From Candidatus Latescibacterota bacterium (GTDB taxonomy: Bacteria > Latescibacterota > UBA2968 > GCA-2709665): a stretch of 64,000 bases of DNA. The notes beneath the pieces were generated by a model. It was not told where the DNA came from. It did no database searches and saw only the letters and a list, made by a program, of their open reading frames with translations. Positions within the stretch are counted from its first letter, which is position 1. Each line of letters starts with the position of its first letter. The stretch covers positions 3,136,001 through 3,200,000 of the forward strand of contig OZ242358.1 in assembly GCA_965208835.1 (NCBI GenBank), given 5' to 3'. Below, one piece after another: positions 55,732 through 64,000 of the stretch. Made by a program: the position numbers and the translations under genes.

Positions 55732-56580
55732 CTACCCCGTCTGCAACGCGGCGGGATCGAACGTGCGGACGTGCGCGTCGCCGCCTTCCACCGTACCCTT
55801 CCACGCGTACGGGTCGTCTCCCGCCACCATCATGATACCGCGGTAGTCGGCAAGCGCCATCCTGCCGTCTTCGGGCGGGCGATGCCAGGGCAACAACGAG
55901 TAGGCATTCATATAGTGGTTCACCAGCACCCGCCGAAAGCGGTCCGACCGGTTCTTGCGAGACCGGTGCAACAGGTAGCCGTTAAAGAAGACGACGGCGC
56001 CGGCGCGACACGCCACCGGAATCTCCTCACAGTCGTCGAAGCCATAGGACTCCTGGGCGGAATCGAACTCCTCGGGCCGCCCGTGCAAACGCTGGGGATA
56101 CAGATAGCCGTTCCGATGGGAGCCCGGAAGGACCCACATGCACCCGTTCTCCACAGTGGCGTCGTCCAGGGCGTACCAGGCGCCCGTAAGGCTGCGGTCC
56201 CGCGTGGGAATGTAAACTTCGTCCTGGTGCCAGGCCTGTCCGGGAAACCTGGGCGGTTTGATAAACAGCATGGATTGCATGCACTTGATATCCGGCGCCA
56301 CCAGACGGGCGAGCGCCCGGGAGACCGCGGGGTGCGCGAGGTACTCCCGCATGACCGGACTGATGTGGTGCGGCTGGTGAATGCACAGATACCGGGAAAG
56401 CGCCGCGGTATCGGATTCCGAGTTCGGTACGGGATGCAAGTTCTCGCTCTTGTATTCTCCGCGACAGAGCTTTATCCCATCCGAACGAATAGTCTCAACA
56501 TCTCCATCGCCCAACAGCCCATCGACAACCAGAAAGCCCTGTTCCCGGTAGGACTCGATCTGCGCTTGTGACACTTCCAC
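55732..56580 (-). CDS. PhyH-family dioxygenase
   Basis: QSMLFIKPP, WHQDE, ENGC.WVLPGSH, LLHRS..N...RR. Confidence 0.9.
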   Translation of the reverse strand: MEVSQAQIESYREQGFLVVDGLLGDGDVETIRSDGIKLCRGEYKSENLHPVPNSESDTAALSRYLCIHQPHHISPVMREYLAHPAVSRALARLVAPDIKCMQSMLFIKPPRFPGQAWHQDEVYIPTRDRSLTGAWYALDDATVENGCMWVLPGSHRNGYLYPQRLHGRPEEFDSAQESYGFDDCEEIPVACRAGAVVFFNGYLLHRSRKNRSDRFRRVLVNHYMNAYSLLPWHRPPEDGRMALADYRGIMMVAGDDPYAWKGTVEGGDAHVRTFDPAALQTG

Positions 56581-56698
56581 GGTGGATCCCCACGGGTACG
56601 GCGGTTTCAATTGACGTAACTTGCTGAAAAATAAACCCGGTCGCTTAAAATGTCAATGCCGGTAGCCATGGGCACGTTGCCTCGTTGCGCACGGGTCT

Positions 56699-57838
56699 CT
56701 AACCGGCCTTCGTCTGGAACCTCACCCGGTCATACACCGTCTCCAGCCGCCCGGCCTGTTTCCGCATATCGTGGGCGTCTTCAACGTGCGCCCTTCCCGC
56801 CGTGCCCATTTCCTCCCGTAACCGGCTGGACCGCAGCAGTGCATCCAGGCCTTCGGCCAGCCCGTCCACGTCCCGCTCCGGGAACAATAGCGCGCACTGA
56901 GAGTCGGGCGCCACTGTGGGAATGTCCGCGTGCAGGGAGGACACAATCGCCAGCCCCGAAGCCATGGCCTCGATCAACGCCACTGGCGCGCCGCCTTCGG
57001 TATCCCCGTCAGCGGCGGTCACGCTCGGATACAACAACACTGAAGCCCTGCCGAGTTCCTCCAGGCACTTCTCGTGAGGCAACACGCCCAGCAGTTCCAC
57101 GCGTTCTTCAAGGCCGAGCCGCTGAATCTCTCTTTCCACTTCCGCACGCAGTTCTCCATCGCCGATAATGCGCACCTTCATGCCCGGATAAGACCCCAGA
57201 ATCCTGCGGCAGGCCCTCAGACCGTACACGTGTCCTTTTTTCTCACGAAAATTGGCATACATCAATACCACGGCTTCCTGCCGGCCCTCGGGCGGCGCCT
57301 TGCGAATCCTTTCGAGATCGACGCCCAGCCGGTGAACCTGCACTTTCTCGTAAGGACAGCCGATGGAGACGAGCGACTCGCCCATTCGCGGACCTTCGAC
57401 CAGAAAGAACTCCCCCTCACTGAACAGCCGCTGAAACCTGCGTCGCCACAGCCGCTTCCGGGGAAGTGCGGAAGCATCCATCCCGTAGAAGGTGGTGACC
57501 ATCGGGACCCCGGCACCGCGGCGCGCCGCCAGACAGAAATATCCCTCCTGTCCGAAATGGGCGTGGATGACCGCGGCGAGTTCCTCTTGAAGAATTCCCA
57601 CGTAACCGGCGTACGTTCCCCGGATCTTCCGGATCACCCGGTTGACGGACCGGCGCAGCGGGGGCAGGTCTTCGCTGGAATAGAGGGTCTCAACCGGAAA
57701 TATGCGCTCATTCTGCCGCGCCTGCGTCAACACAACCGGCCGATATCGACTCAAGCCCCGTATCTGGTCGTAACACCAGACCATGGTCAGGGTCAGAAAC
57801 GGATTTGCGCAGTGCGCCACGGTCGGCTTTTCCGGCAT
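56699..57838 (-). CDS. GT4 glycosyltransferase (WcaL-like)
   Basis: HAHFG, TFYGMD, EKKG, PSVTAADGDTEGGAPV.LIEAMASG. Confidence 0.9.
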   Translation of the reverse strand: MPEKPTVAHCANPFLTLTMVWCYDQIRGLSRYRPVVLTQARQNERIFPVETLYSSEDLPPLRRSVNRVIRKIRGTYAGYVGILQEELAAVIHAHFGQEGYFCLAARRGAGVPMVTTFYGMDASALPRKRLWRRRFQRLFSEGEFFLVEGPRMGESLVSIGCPYEKVQVHRLGVDLERIRKAPPEGRQEAVVLMYANFREKKGHVYGLRACRRILGSYPGMKVRIIGDGELRAEVEREIQRLGLEERVELLGVLPHEKCLEELGRASVLLYPSVTAADGDTEGGAPVALIEAMASGLAIVSSLHADIPTVAPDSQCALLFPERDVDGLAEGLDALLRSSRLREEMGTAGRAHVEDAHDMRKQAGRLETVYDRVRFQTKAG

Positions 57839-57927
57839 TCACGACCTCTCACTATCTGAACAACAGTACTTCGCTCACGACTCTTGTGGAATGTCCGGCG
57901 GCGCGTGTCCCCGCGGAGACGAAATAC

Positions 57928-57956
57928 TTGACACCCCGCGCCGCATCGCATAATAT
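57928..57956 (+). promoter_or_regulatory. Sigma70-type promoter
   Basis: TTGACA-17-TAATAT upstream of rhaB. Confidence 0.6.
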
Positions 57957-58010
57957 CGCAAACCGTGAGTCCCCGCACAACACGAAGCCGGTGGACCGGA
58001 AGGAGTCGCC

Positions 58011-59501
58011 ATGCCGCAGACCTATCTCGCCTACGACCTCGGCGCATCCAGCGGCCGGGCCGTTATCGGCCGTTTCGACGGAAGCGCCGTCGAACTCGAA
58101 GAAATCCATCGCTTCCCCAACGGGCCCATATCCGTGGCGGGGGGTCTGTACTGGGACGCGCTGAGGCTCTACGACGAGATGCTCGCGGGACTCCGAAAGT
58201 GCGCCCGGAACTCCGGACCCGAACTGGCGGGAATCGGAATTGATACCTGGGGCGTGGACTTTGCACTCCTTGACGCCACCGATGAACTCCTGGGCAATCC
58301 TCACTGTTACCGCGACGCGCGCGTCCTGGGCATGATGACGAGGGCATTCAGCCGGGTATCCCGAGAGGAAATTTTCGAACTGACCGGCCTGCAGTTTCTG
58401 GAGATCAACACACTCTATCAGCTCTTTTCCCTGGCGGAAAAGAACCCGCAGCACCTGCGCATCGCCGGTACATTTCTGATGATGCCGGACCTCTTCAACT
58501 TCTGGCTCACCGGCCGCAAAGTGTGCGAGTTTTCTAACGCCACCACCACCCAGTTCTACAATCCGAGGACGGGCGGGTGGGCAACCGACCTGCTGGAACG
58601 GCTCGGGATCCCGGGCGACATGCTTCCCGAAATCGTCCCGCCGGGAACGCCGCTGGGTCCGCTTCGTCGGGAGGTCGCAGCGGATGCCGGCATCCGGTCA
58701 GGCGACGTCATTGCGCCGGCCTGTCACGACACCGGATCGGCTGTGGCGGCCGTCCCGTTTTCCGACGCAGACGCGGCCTATATCAGCTCCGGCACGTGGG
58801 CGCTGCTCGGCGCGGAACTGCCGGCGCCGTCCGTTACGCGGGCGGCCCTTAGCCACAACTTTACGAACGAGGGCGGAGTTTGCGGCACTTACCGTTTCCT
58901 CAAGAACATCACCGGTCTCTGGATCGTACAGGAATGCAGACGCATCTGGGAAAACCAGGGTCGCGCATATTCGTTTGCCGAACTCGTCCAAATGGCCGAA
59001 GCGGCGCCCGCATTGACCTCGTTCATCGATCCCGATCACGCGGACTTCCTCGAGCCCGGGGATATGCCGGCCTGCATCCGCACGTACTGCAGGCGCACGG
59101 AACAGCCGGAACCCGCCACCGAAGGCGCCGTCGTCCGGTGCGCCCTCGAGAGCCTCGCCCTCAAGTGCCGGTGCGTCCTGGAGGACCTCGAGTCGGTCCT
59201 GGACAAAAGGCTGCACACCATCCACGTCGTGGGCGGAGGCATTCGCAACACCCTGTTGAATCAGTTCACTGCCAACGCCACCGGAAGGCCGGTTGTCGCC
59301 GGGCCGGCGGAGGCCACCGCCCTGGGAAATATCCTCATGCAGGTCTATGCCCGAGGCGAAATCGACTCACTGGCGGGAATCCGCGAAGTCGTTCGCAATT
59401 CCACGGAACTCGTGACGTTCGAACCGGGCGGTGGCGACGCATGGGAAGACGCATACGCCAGGTTCAGGCAGTTATTGAACGTCGAGGCCAATGTCCACTG
59501 A
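58011..59501 (+). CDS. rhaB: Rhamnulokinase-family FGGY kinase
   Basis: DLGASSGR, HRFPN, IDTWGVD, HDTGSAV, SSGTW, FTNEGG, KNITGLW. Confidence 0.9.
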   Translation: MPQTYLAYDLGASSGRAVIGRFDGSAVELEEIHRFPNGPISVAGGLYWDALRLYDEMLAGLRKCARNSGPELAGIGIDTWGVDFALLDATDELLGNPHCYRDARVLGMMTRAFSRVSREEIFELTGLQFLEINTLYQLFSLAEKNPQHLRIAGTFLMMPDLFNFWLTGRKVCEFSNATTTQFYNPRTGGWATDLLERLGIPGDMLPEIVPPGTPLGPLRREVAADAGIRSGDVIAPACHDTGSAVAAVPFSDADAAYISSGTWALLGAELPAPSVTRAALSHNFTNEGGVCGTYRFLKNITGLWIVQECRRIWENQGRAYSFAELVQMAEAAPALTSFIDPDHADFLEPGDMPACIRTYCRRTEQPEPATEGAVVRCALESLALKCRCVLEDLESVLDKRLHTIHVVGGGIRNTLLNQFTANATGRPVVAGPAEATALGNILMQVYARGEIDSLAGIREVVRNSTELVTFEPGGGDAWEDAYARFRQLLNVEANVH

Positions 59502-59512
59502 ACCGATACTAA

Positions 59513-59703
59513 CCTTGATTCGTAAGTCTTCGGGGACGTTAATTCGATTATGTGCTTGTAAATAAAGGCGATTAGACGGCGGATTACCAGGATACACCAG
59601 GCCACTGGACGTGAACGGTAAAAACATCCTTCTGTACGTCTATAACGCCCCGTTTCGGAAGGCTTTATCGCGTCGCCGCGTCGCTGTTTTTGCGGATTTA
59701 AGG
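59513..59703 (+). mobile_element. MITE family C copy 2
   Basis: Near-colinear with 9656-9845, flanks CTAA/CTTA. Confidence 0.85.
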
Positions 59704-59713
59704 CTTACCGCGA

Positions 59714-62700
59714 TCAGAACAGAGAGAGTTGATCGGCCGTCCGGACCCGCCGTTCCGGGGACAGGCGCTCGCGTTCCAGAAGTTCCGCGGGAATATTCTC
59801 CAAAAATCGGGACGGCTCCGGACGGGTCCGCTCCCCGAAACGCGTCCTGCTCCTCGCACAAAGCATGACGGCCTCATCCATTGCCCGCGTCAATCCCACG
59901 AACAACAGCCGCTGCTCTTCCTGCACGTCCCCGTTTGCGTGCGGAATCAGGCCCTCCTCCACGCCGCAGATGAACACAACGGGAAACTCCAGCCCCTTGG
60001 ACGCGTGCAGGGTTGACAGCGTTACCGCTTCCGCACGCGGCCGCGCGACACCACCGATGCGCACGTAATCGGCATCGGCGCCCAGTACCAGCGTATCGAG
60101 GAACGTACGGACGGTATCGAAATTGACTGCCATCCGGGCAAGGCGTGCGAGATCCTCATCCTCTTCCACCCCGGCGACGTCCTGCCACGTCCTCACCAGC
60201 GACTCGACGGATTCCGTTTCCGCCATTTTTCTGAATGCCCCGGAGGCATCCTCCAGTGCCGAGACTTTATCGCGAATCTGCTGCGGAAATTTGCCCGCCG
60301 ACAGGTCGCCACCCGCGCGCCGGAGCCGATTCAGCGCTGTGTTTCCGGGATAGAAGATTGGAACCGCCAGCGCGCGCAGCAGTCGAAGATGCCCCGCCGA
60401 CCGGAACGCGTAATTGAAAAAGGAGATCGCGTGCCGCACGTTCCCTGCTGAAAGAAAGCCCTTCTGGCCGACCACCCGGTACGGCAATCCCTCTTCGATA
60501 AAACAACGCTCAATCGCCTCCGCCTGCCGTCCGGTCCTGAACAAGACGGCAAAATCCGACAGGCTCCGGTCGCCTCCCCCTCCCACCGACTGTCGACCGC
60601 CGACCTCGCCCGCCTGAAGCATATCCGCGCCGCCCATCATCCGGCTGATCTCACGGACCACCGCGATACCCTCCGCCGTCTCACCCGACACGGAAAGCAG
60701 CCGAGGCGCTACACCCGCCCCCCGGACGGCGTTCAACTGACGACCCGCCCCGATCACGGAGACGGCCGCTCCGGCGACCTGGCGCGTGGAGCGATACGTC
60801 CGCTCCAGCACGAACGTCTTCGCATTCGGCAGATCTTCCCTGAGCTTGTGAAAATACGCCGGACTCGCCCCGCGAAATCCATAGATGGCCTGGTCCGGAT
60901 CGCCGATCACGAACAGGCCGGTACCGTCGCGGGAAAGCGCGGTCACCAGTTGGTACTGCACCGCATTCACGTCCTGAAACTCGTCCACGAGTACGTGCGC
61001 AAACCGGTTCCGGACTCGCTCGGACGCCGCGTCGGCTTTTCGCAGCGTCGACAGGAATTCCAGGAGAATGTCGTCGTAGTCCCACACCCCCAGTTGACGC
61101 AGCCGGTCCTGGTACGCTTCCCGGACGCCGCGCAATGCCTCCGGCACCTCCGCATCGAGGTTTGTCTTCGCAAATGAGACCGCCGACCGTACGTCCCGCA
61201 CGGACATGCTGACTTCAGTATCCGCGATGACCTCGGCCAGCAGTTGTGTCGCTTCCACCTCGTCGATGACCTGAGGCATCTCCCCGGAAGTGCAGGTCTT
61301 CATCAGATTCAGCGCCACGGCGTGAAACGTGCCCAGGGTCAGCCCGTCCAGTGTCCCTGCGTCTGATAACAGTGCGTGAACGCGTTCCCTCATTTCCGCC
61401 GCGGCCTTATTCGTAAACGTGACCGCCAAGATATTCTCCGGCGGGACCTCTGCCTCCCCGATCAGCCGCGCCAACCGGTGGGTCAACACCCGCGTCTTTC
61501 CCGTGCCCGGACCGGCCACCACTATGGCAGGCCCGCTATCCCATTCAACGGCCTCCCTTTGCACGTCGTCCAATCCGCCGTCGCCCGCGACGTCCGCGAC
61601 CGCCGGCGCTTCTCCGCTTCCGCCGGATGTTCCCTCGCGCGCTGACGCCGCCTCGAACGTTGACGGCTGCGGCGCCGTTTCCGGTATTTCCGGCAAGTCG
61701 AACAGCGCGGGCTGCCGGCTCAAACGGGCGCGGTCCTCCGCGGAGAACACCTGGATCCTTCCGTATACGCCGTCGTACCCCGCCGCGATCTCAACCTCTC
61801 CGGTGCGCATTCGACGCACGCCCTCCGCCACGAGCGCCTCGCCGCATCCGGCAATCGCCTCGGGGGACACGTCCCTCAAGATGGCCAGTTCGGGGCCCAA
61901 TTCCGCCAGCATCTTTTCGTAAACCGCCTGGACCCGCTTGCTGGTTGGCCCCACCCCGAGGACAGAACCGATGACTTCCGGCAACGGAATCAGATTCTCA
62001 TACGGCGGGGCCACGGCCGGCCTGCCCCCCTCCTCCCTGTCGGCCAACTGCTCGACGCGGTGCAGAACGCCGACCGTCAACCGCTTTCCGCATTCCGGGC
62101 AAAGGCAGTCCGCGGCAATCGTCCGGCCCGGTTCCCAGCAGATTCCGCATTTCCGATGTCCATCGAGGTGATACTTCCCTTCTTCGGGATAGAATTCCAG
62201 CGTCCCAAGAAACCGTTCTGGGGCTCTCGACTTCAGCGCCTCGTATATGCCCCTGTACGACAGTTCGGTATCGAAACAGGTGGCCTCCCGCGCCAGTTTC
62301 GACGGGGAATGCGCATCCGAATTGGAAACGATCGCATACCTGTCCAGCATGGACAGGCGCCAGTTCATCGGCGGATCGGACGAGAGACCCGTCTCGACGG
62401 CGAAAATCGAGGGCAGCATGTCTTCGAAACACTCTTCGAGCGTATCGAACCCGGAACTCGCACCCAGCACGGCGAAATGCGGCGTCCATATATGCGCAGG
62501 GATGAACAGCACGTCATCGGCGGCTTCGAGGCAAATCTCCACGAGGTCCCTGCTGTCCAGCCCCAGAATGGGCCGCCCGTCCGATTTCAGATTTCCGATG
62601 TCCCCTAAACGGGCGTTCAACCGCTCCACCGCTTCGAAACCCGGCATCAGAACGACGTGGTGCACCTTGCGCGTCTTATCGTTCTTCTTATAGATCAAAC

Positions 62701-62983
62701 TGATTTCGGTGGACAGCACGAAGCGCACCGTTCCCCGGCATCGTTCCGGCAGCTCCTCATCTACGGCGGCCCGTAGCGCCGGCTTCAGACGAAACAGCCC
62801 CTCCTCCGCGGGCTCCAGGCGGTCCTTCAATTCCTCGATCCACTCGGGATGGGTGAAGTCGCCCGTCCCCACCACGTTTACGCCCTTGAGCGCGGACCAT
62901 TTGTAGAGGTTATCGGGGTTCAACTGACGGCTTGTCGCCCTGGAAAACCGGGAGTGCAGATGTACGTCCGCCACAAAACGCAT
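59714..62983 (-). CDS. Endonuclease Q-like PHP domain fused to UvrD/REP helicase
   Basis: DVHLHSRFSRATS, GTGDFTHP, PAHIWTP, ETGLSSD, SNSDAHS, GKYH, CPECG, GYDG.YG, then AGPGTGKT, VDEFQD, GDPDQAIYGFRG, TLHASKGLEF, LFVGLTRA. Confidence 0.92.
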   Translation of the reverse strand: MRFVADVHLHSRFSRATSRQLNPDNLYKWSALKGVNVVGTGDFTHPEWIEELKDRLEPAEEGLFRLKPALRAAVDEELPERCRGTVRFVLSTEISLIYKKNDKTRKVHHVVLMPGFEAVERLNARLGDIGNLKSDGRPILGLDSRDLVEICLEAADDVLFIPAHIWTPHFAVLGASSGFDTLEECFEDMLPSIFAVETGLSSDPPMNWRLSMLDRYAIVSNSDAHSPSKLAREATCFDTELSYRGIYEALKSRAPERFLGTLEFYPEEGKYHLDGHRKCGICWEPGRTIAADCLCPECGKRLTVGVLHRVEQLADREEGGRPAVAPPYENLIPLPEVIGSVLGVGPTSKRVQAVYEKMLAELGPELAILRDVSPEAIAGCGEALVAEGVRRMRTGEVEIAAGYDGVYGRIQVFSAEDRARLSRQPALFDLPEIPETAPQPSTFEAASAREGTSGGSGEAPAVADVAGDGGLDDVQREAVEWDSGPAIVVAGPGTGKTRVLTHRLARLIGEAEVPPENILAVTFTNKAAAEMRERVHALLSDAGTLDGLTLGTFHAVALNLMKTCTSGEMPQVIDEVEATQLLAEVIADTEVSMSVRDVRSAVSFAKTNLDAEVPEALRGVREAYQDRLRQLGVWDYDDILLEFLSTLRKADAASERVRNRFAHVLVDEFQDVNAVQYQLVTALSRDGTGLFVIGDPDQAIYGFRGASPAYFHKLREDLPNAKTFVLERTYRSTRQVAGAAVSVIGAGRQLNAVRGAGVAPRLLSVSGETAEGIAVVREISRMMGGADMLQAGEVGGRQSVGGGGDRSLSDFAVLFRTGRQAEAIERCFIEEGLPYRVVGQKGFLSAGNVRHAISFFNYAFRSAGHLRLLRALAVPIFYPGNTALNRLRRAGGDLSAGKFPQQIRDKVSALEDASGAFRKMAETESVESLVRTWQDVAGVEEDEDLARLARMAVNFDTVRTFLDTLVLGADADYVRIGGVARPRAEAVTLSTLHASKGLEFPVVFICGVEEGLIPHANGDVQEEQRLLFVGLTRAMDEAVMLCARSRTRFGERTRPEPSRFLENIPAELLERERLSPERRVRTADQLSLF

Positions 62984-63025
62984 CGCGTTCTCTCTAACCT
63001 CAGTAATTCACAAACACAAACTTAC

Positions 63026-63050
63026 ATGGATGGACAGGATGAGCAGGATA
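63026..63050. repeat. 9-nt periodic CAGGAT repeat
   Basis: ATGGATGGA CAGGATGAG CAGGATA, same type as 7374-7452. Confidence 0.5.
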
Positions 63051-63113
63051 AAGACCCTATGGACCTGAATCCGCGGCAGCTGCGAGCGTGCGGCGCGGCA
63101 TTTGCGCATATTT

Positions 63114-63710
63114 TCAGGTTTCCATCTGGCGGCGGTCTGCGACTGCTTCATATTTGTCACGTCCGGACGACACACACTGGAAGACCTGATAACCCGCAAT
63201 CTCAACCCACATATATGTTCTGTGGCAGATGCCGCAGACCTTCAGCGCGTGCGGTTCCGGACTCTTCCCGAAACGGTAATCAAGATCGTCATAGCCGCGA
63301 CGGAGCTGCGCAATGTCATCGTGCGTATATTGCTTTGAAAGCCGTGCGAATACCGCCGGCGGCAGGTCGGCCACCGCCTTCCTGAGTTTCCTTGGATCGA
63401 CATCCCATGGAAACGACAGTTCGAACCCGCACGCGCACCACCGATCGGACATATCCCAGTCCGACTGAAACCACCACTCGTCATAGATTCGCCGGCAGGC
63501 CTCGCACAGTTCATACGACAACGCGGGATCCATACCCTCTTCGTGGATCAGATCGCCGATCCGCCCGCGCTCCGCGTCCGGTAAGTTCCCGAGCTTTACC
63601 GTTCGCTTATGACAAAAGGCGCACTGGTGGGCGCTCCTCCGGAGAATCACCAACAGCACGAAGGGTCCGACGATTACAACCGCCGCGAAAATCAGACCCA
63701 GGATTAACAT
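63114..63710 (-). CDS. Hypothetical membrane-anchored Cys-motif protein
   Basis: N-terminal TM, then CAFC, CEAC, CACG, CGIC. Has an adjacent paralogue. Confidence 0.75.
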   Translation of the reverse strand: MLILGLIFAAVVIVGPFVLLVILRRSAHQCAFCHKRTVKLGNLPDAERGRIGDLIHEEGMDPALSYELCEACRRIYDEWWFQSDWDMSDRWCACGFELSFPWDVDPRKLRKAVADLPPAVFARLSKQYTHDDIAQLRRGYDDLDYRFGKSPEPHALKVCGICHRTYMWVEIAGYQVFQCVSSGRDKYEAVADRRQMET

Positions 63711-63791
63711 CGCAGTCTACCCTCGGTTTGCATCGAGCCGTGTGCCAACGCACTTCCCGGGAGATCCGTGGACAAGATTCGCTCGCCGATT

Positions 63792-64000
63792 TCAGTTGGC
63801 CCGGTCGTATTTGTCCATACCGCCCGACACGACCTGGAATACCTGAAAACCCTTCACGGGCAACCACATATAGATCCGAAAACAGTTTCTGCACACGAAC
63901 AGGATATGTTCGTCGGACACCGACGAGTACAGCCGCTCGTGCAGCCCTTCTCTCCCGTACGTCCGTTCCATAAACTCCAGGACTTCCGGGCGAATTCCTT
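63792..64000 (-). CDS. Paralogue of 63114-63710 (5' end outside window)
   Basis: Manual translation ...EHILFVCRNCFRIYMWLPVKGFQVFQVVSGGMDKYDRAN* aligns with VCGICHRTYMWVEIAGYQVFQCVSSGRDKYE. Confidence 0.75.
   Translation of the reverse strand, partial: GIRPEVLEFMERTYGREGLHERLYSSVSDEHILFVCRNCFRIYMWLPVKGFQVFQVVSGGMDKYDRAN

Noticed and set aside
46387-55846. Long plus-strand ORFs (46387-47934, 51092-52675, 54122-55846)
   Set aside because: Antisense shadows of soxA, glxD and the sulfatase maturase, as expected with high-GC codon bias.
63064-63118. CCTGAA...TTCAGG short inverted ends as another MITE
   Set aside because: Only a 6-7 bp match, single copy, no clear target duplication.

Overview
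GC-rich bacterial chromosomal segment, mostly minus-strand genes. DUF4837, DUF6785, a solo GroES-like gene and four PhyH paralogues suggest an FCB-lineage organism such as Latescibacterota (inference). Main contents: (1) a cusCBA-type heavy-metal RND efflux operon preceded by a small Cys-rich ORF with an HSAPP motif; (2) envelope and housekeeping genes plus tRNA-Leu(TAA) and tRNA-Cys(GCA); (3) many catabolic enzymes (PhyH x4, DegT x2, FGGY kinases, phosphotriesterase-like, creatininase-like, DUF1445, enolase superfamily, Gfo/Idh/MocA); (4) a ~12 kb N-methylglutamate/sarcosine-oxidase-like cluster with duplicated glxB/glxC, an atypical glutamine-synthetase-like gene and an alpha subunit carrying two Fe-S Cys sets; (5) an EndoQ-like PHP-UvrD fusion; (6) a tandem pair of unknown Cys-motif proteins at the right edge. 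Intergenic DNA is dense with small repeats: three MITE families with target-site duplications, nested REP-like elements, and 7-nt and 9-nt periodic arrays. No transposase, integrase, rRNA or CRISPR array was seen. All family calls come from motif recognition by eye, not database searches.
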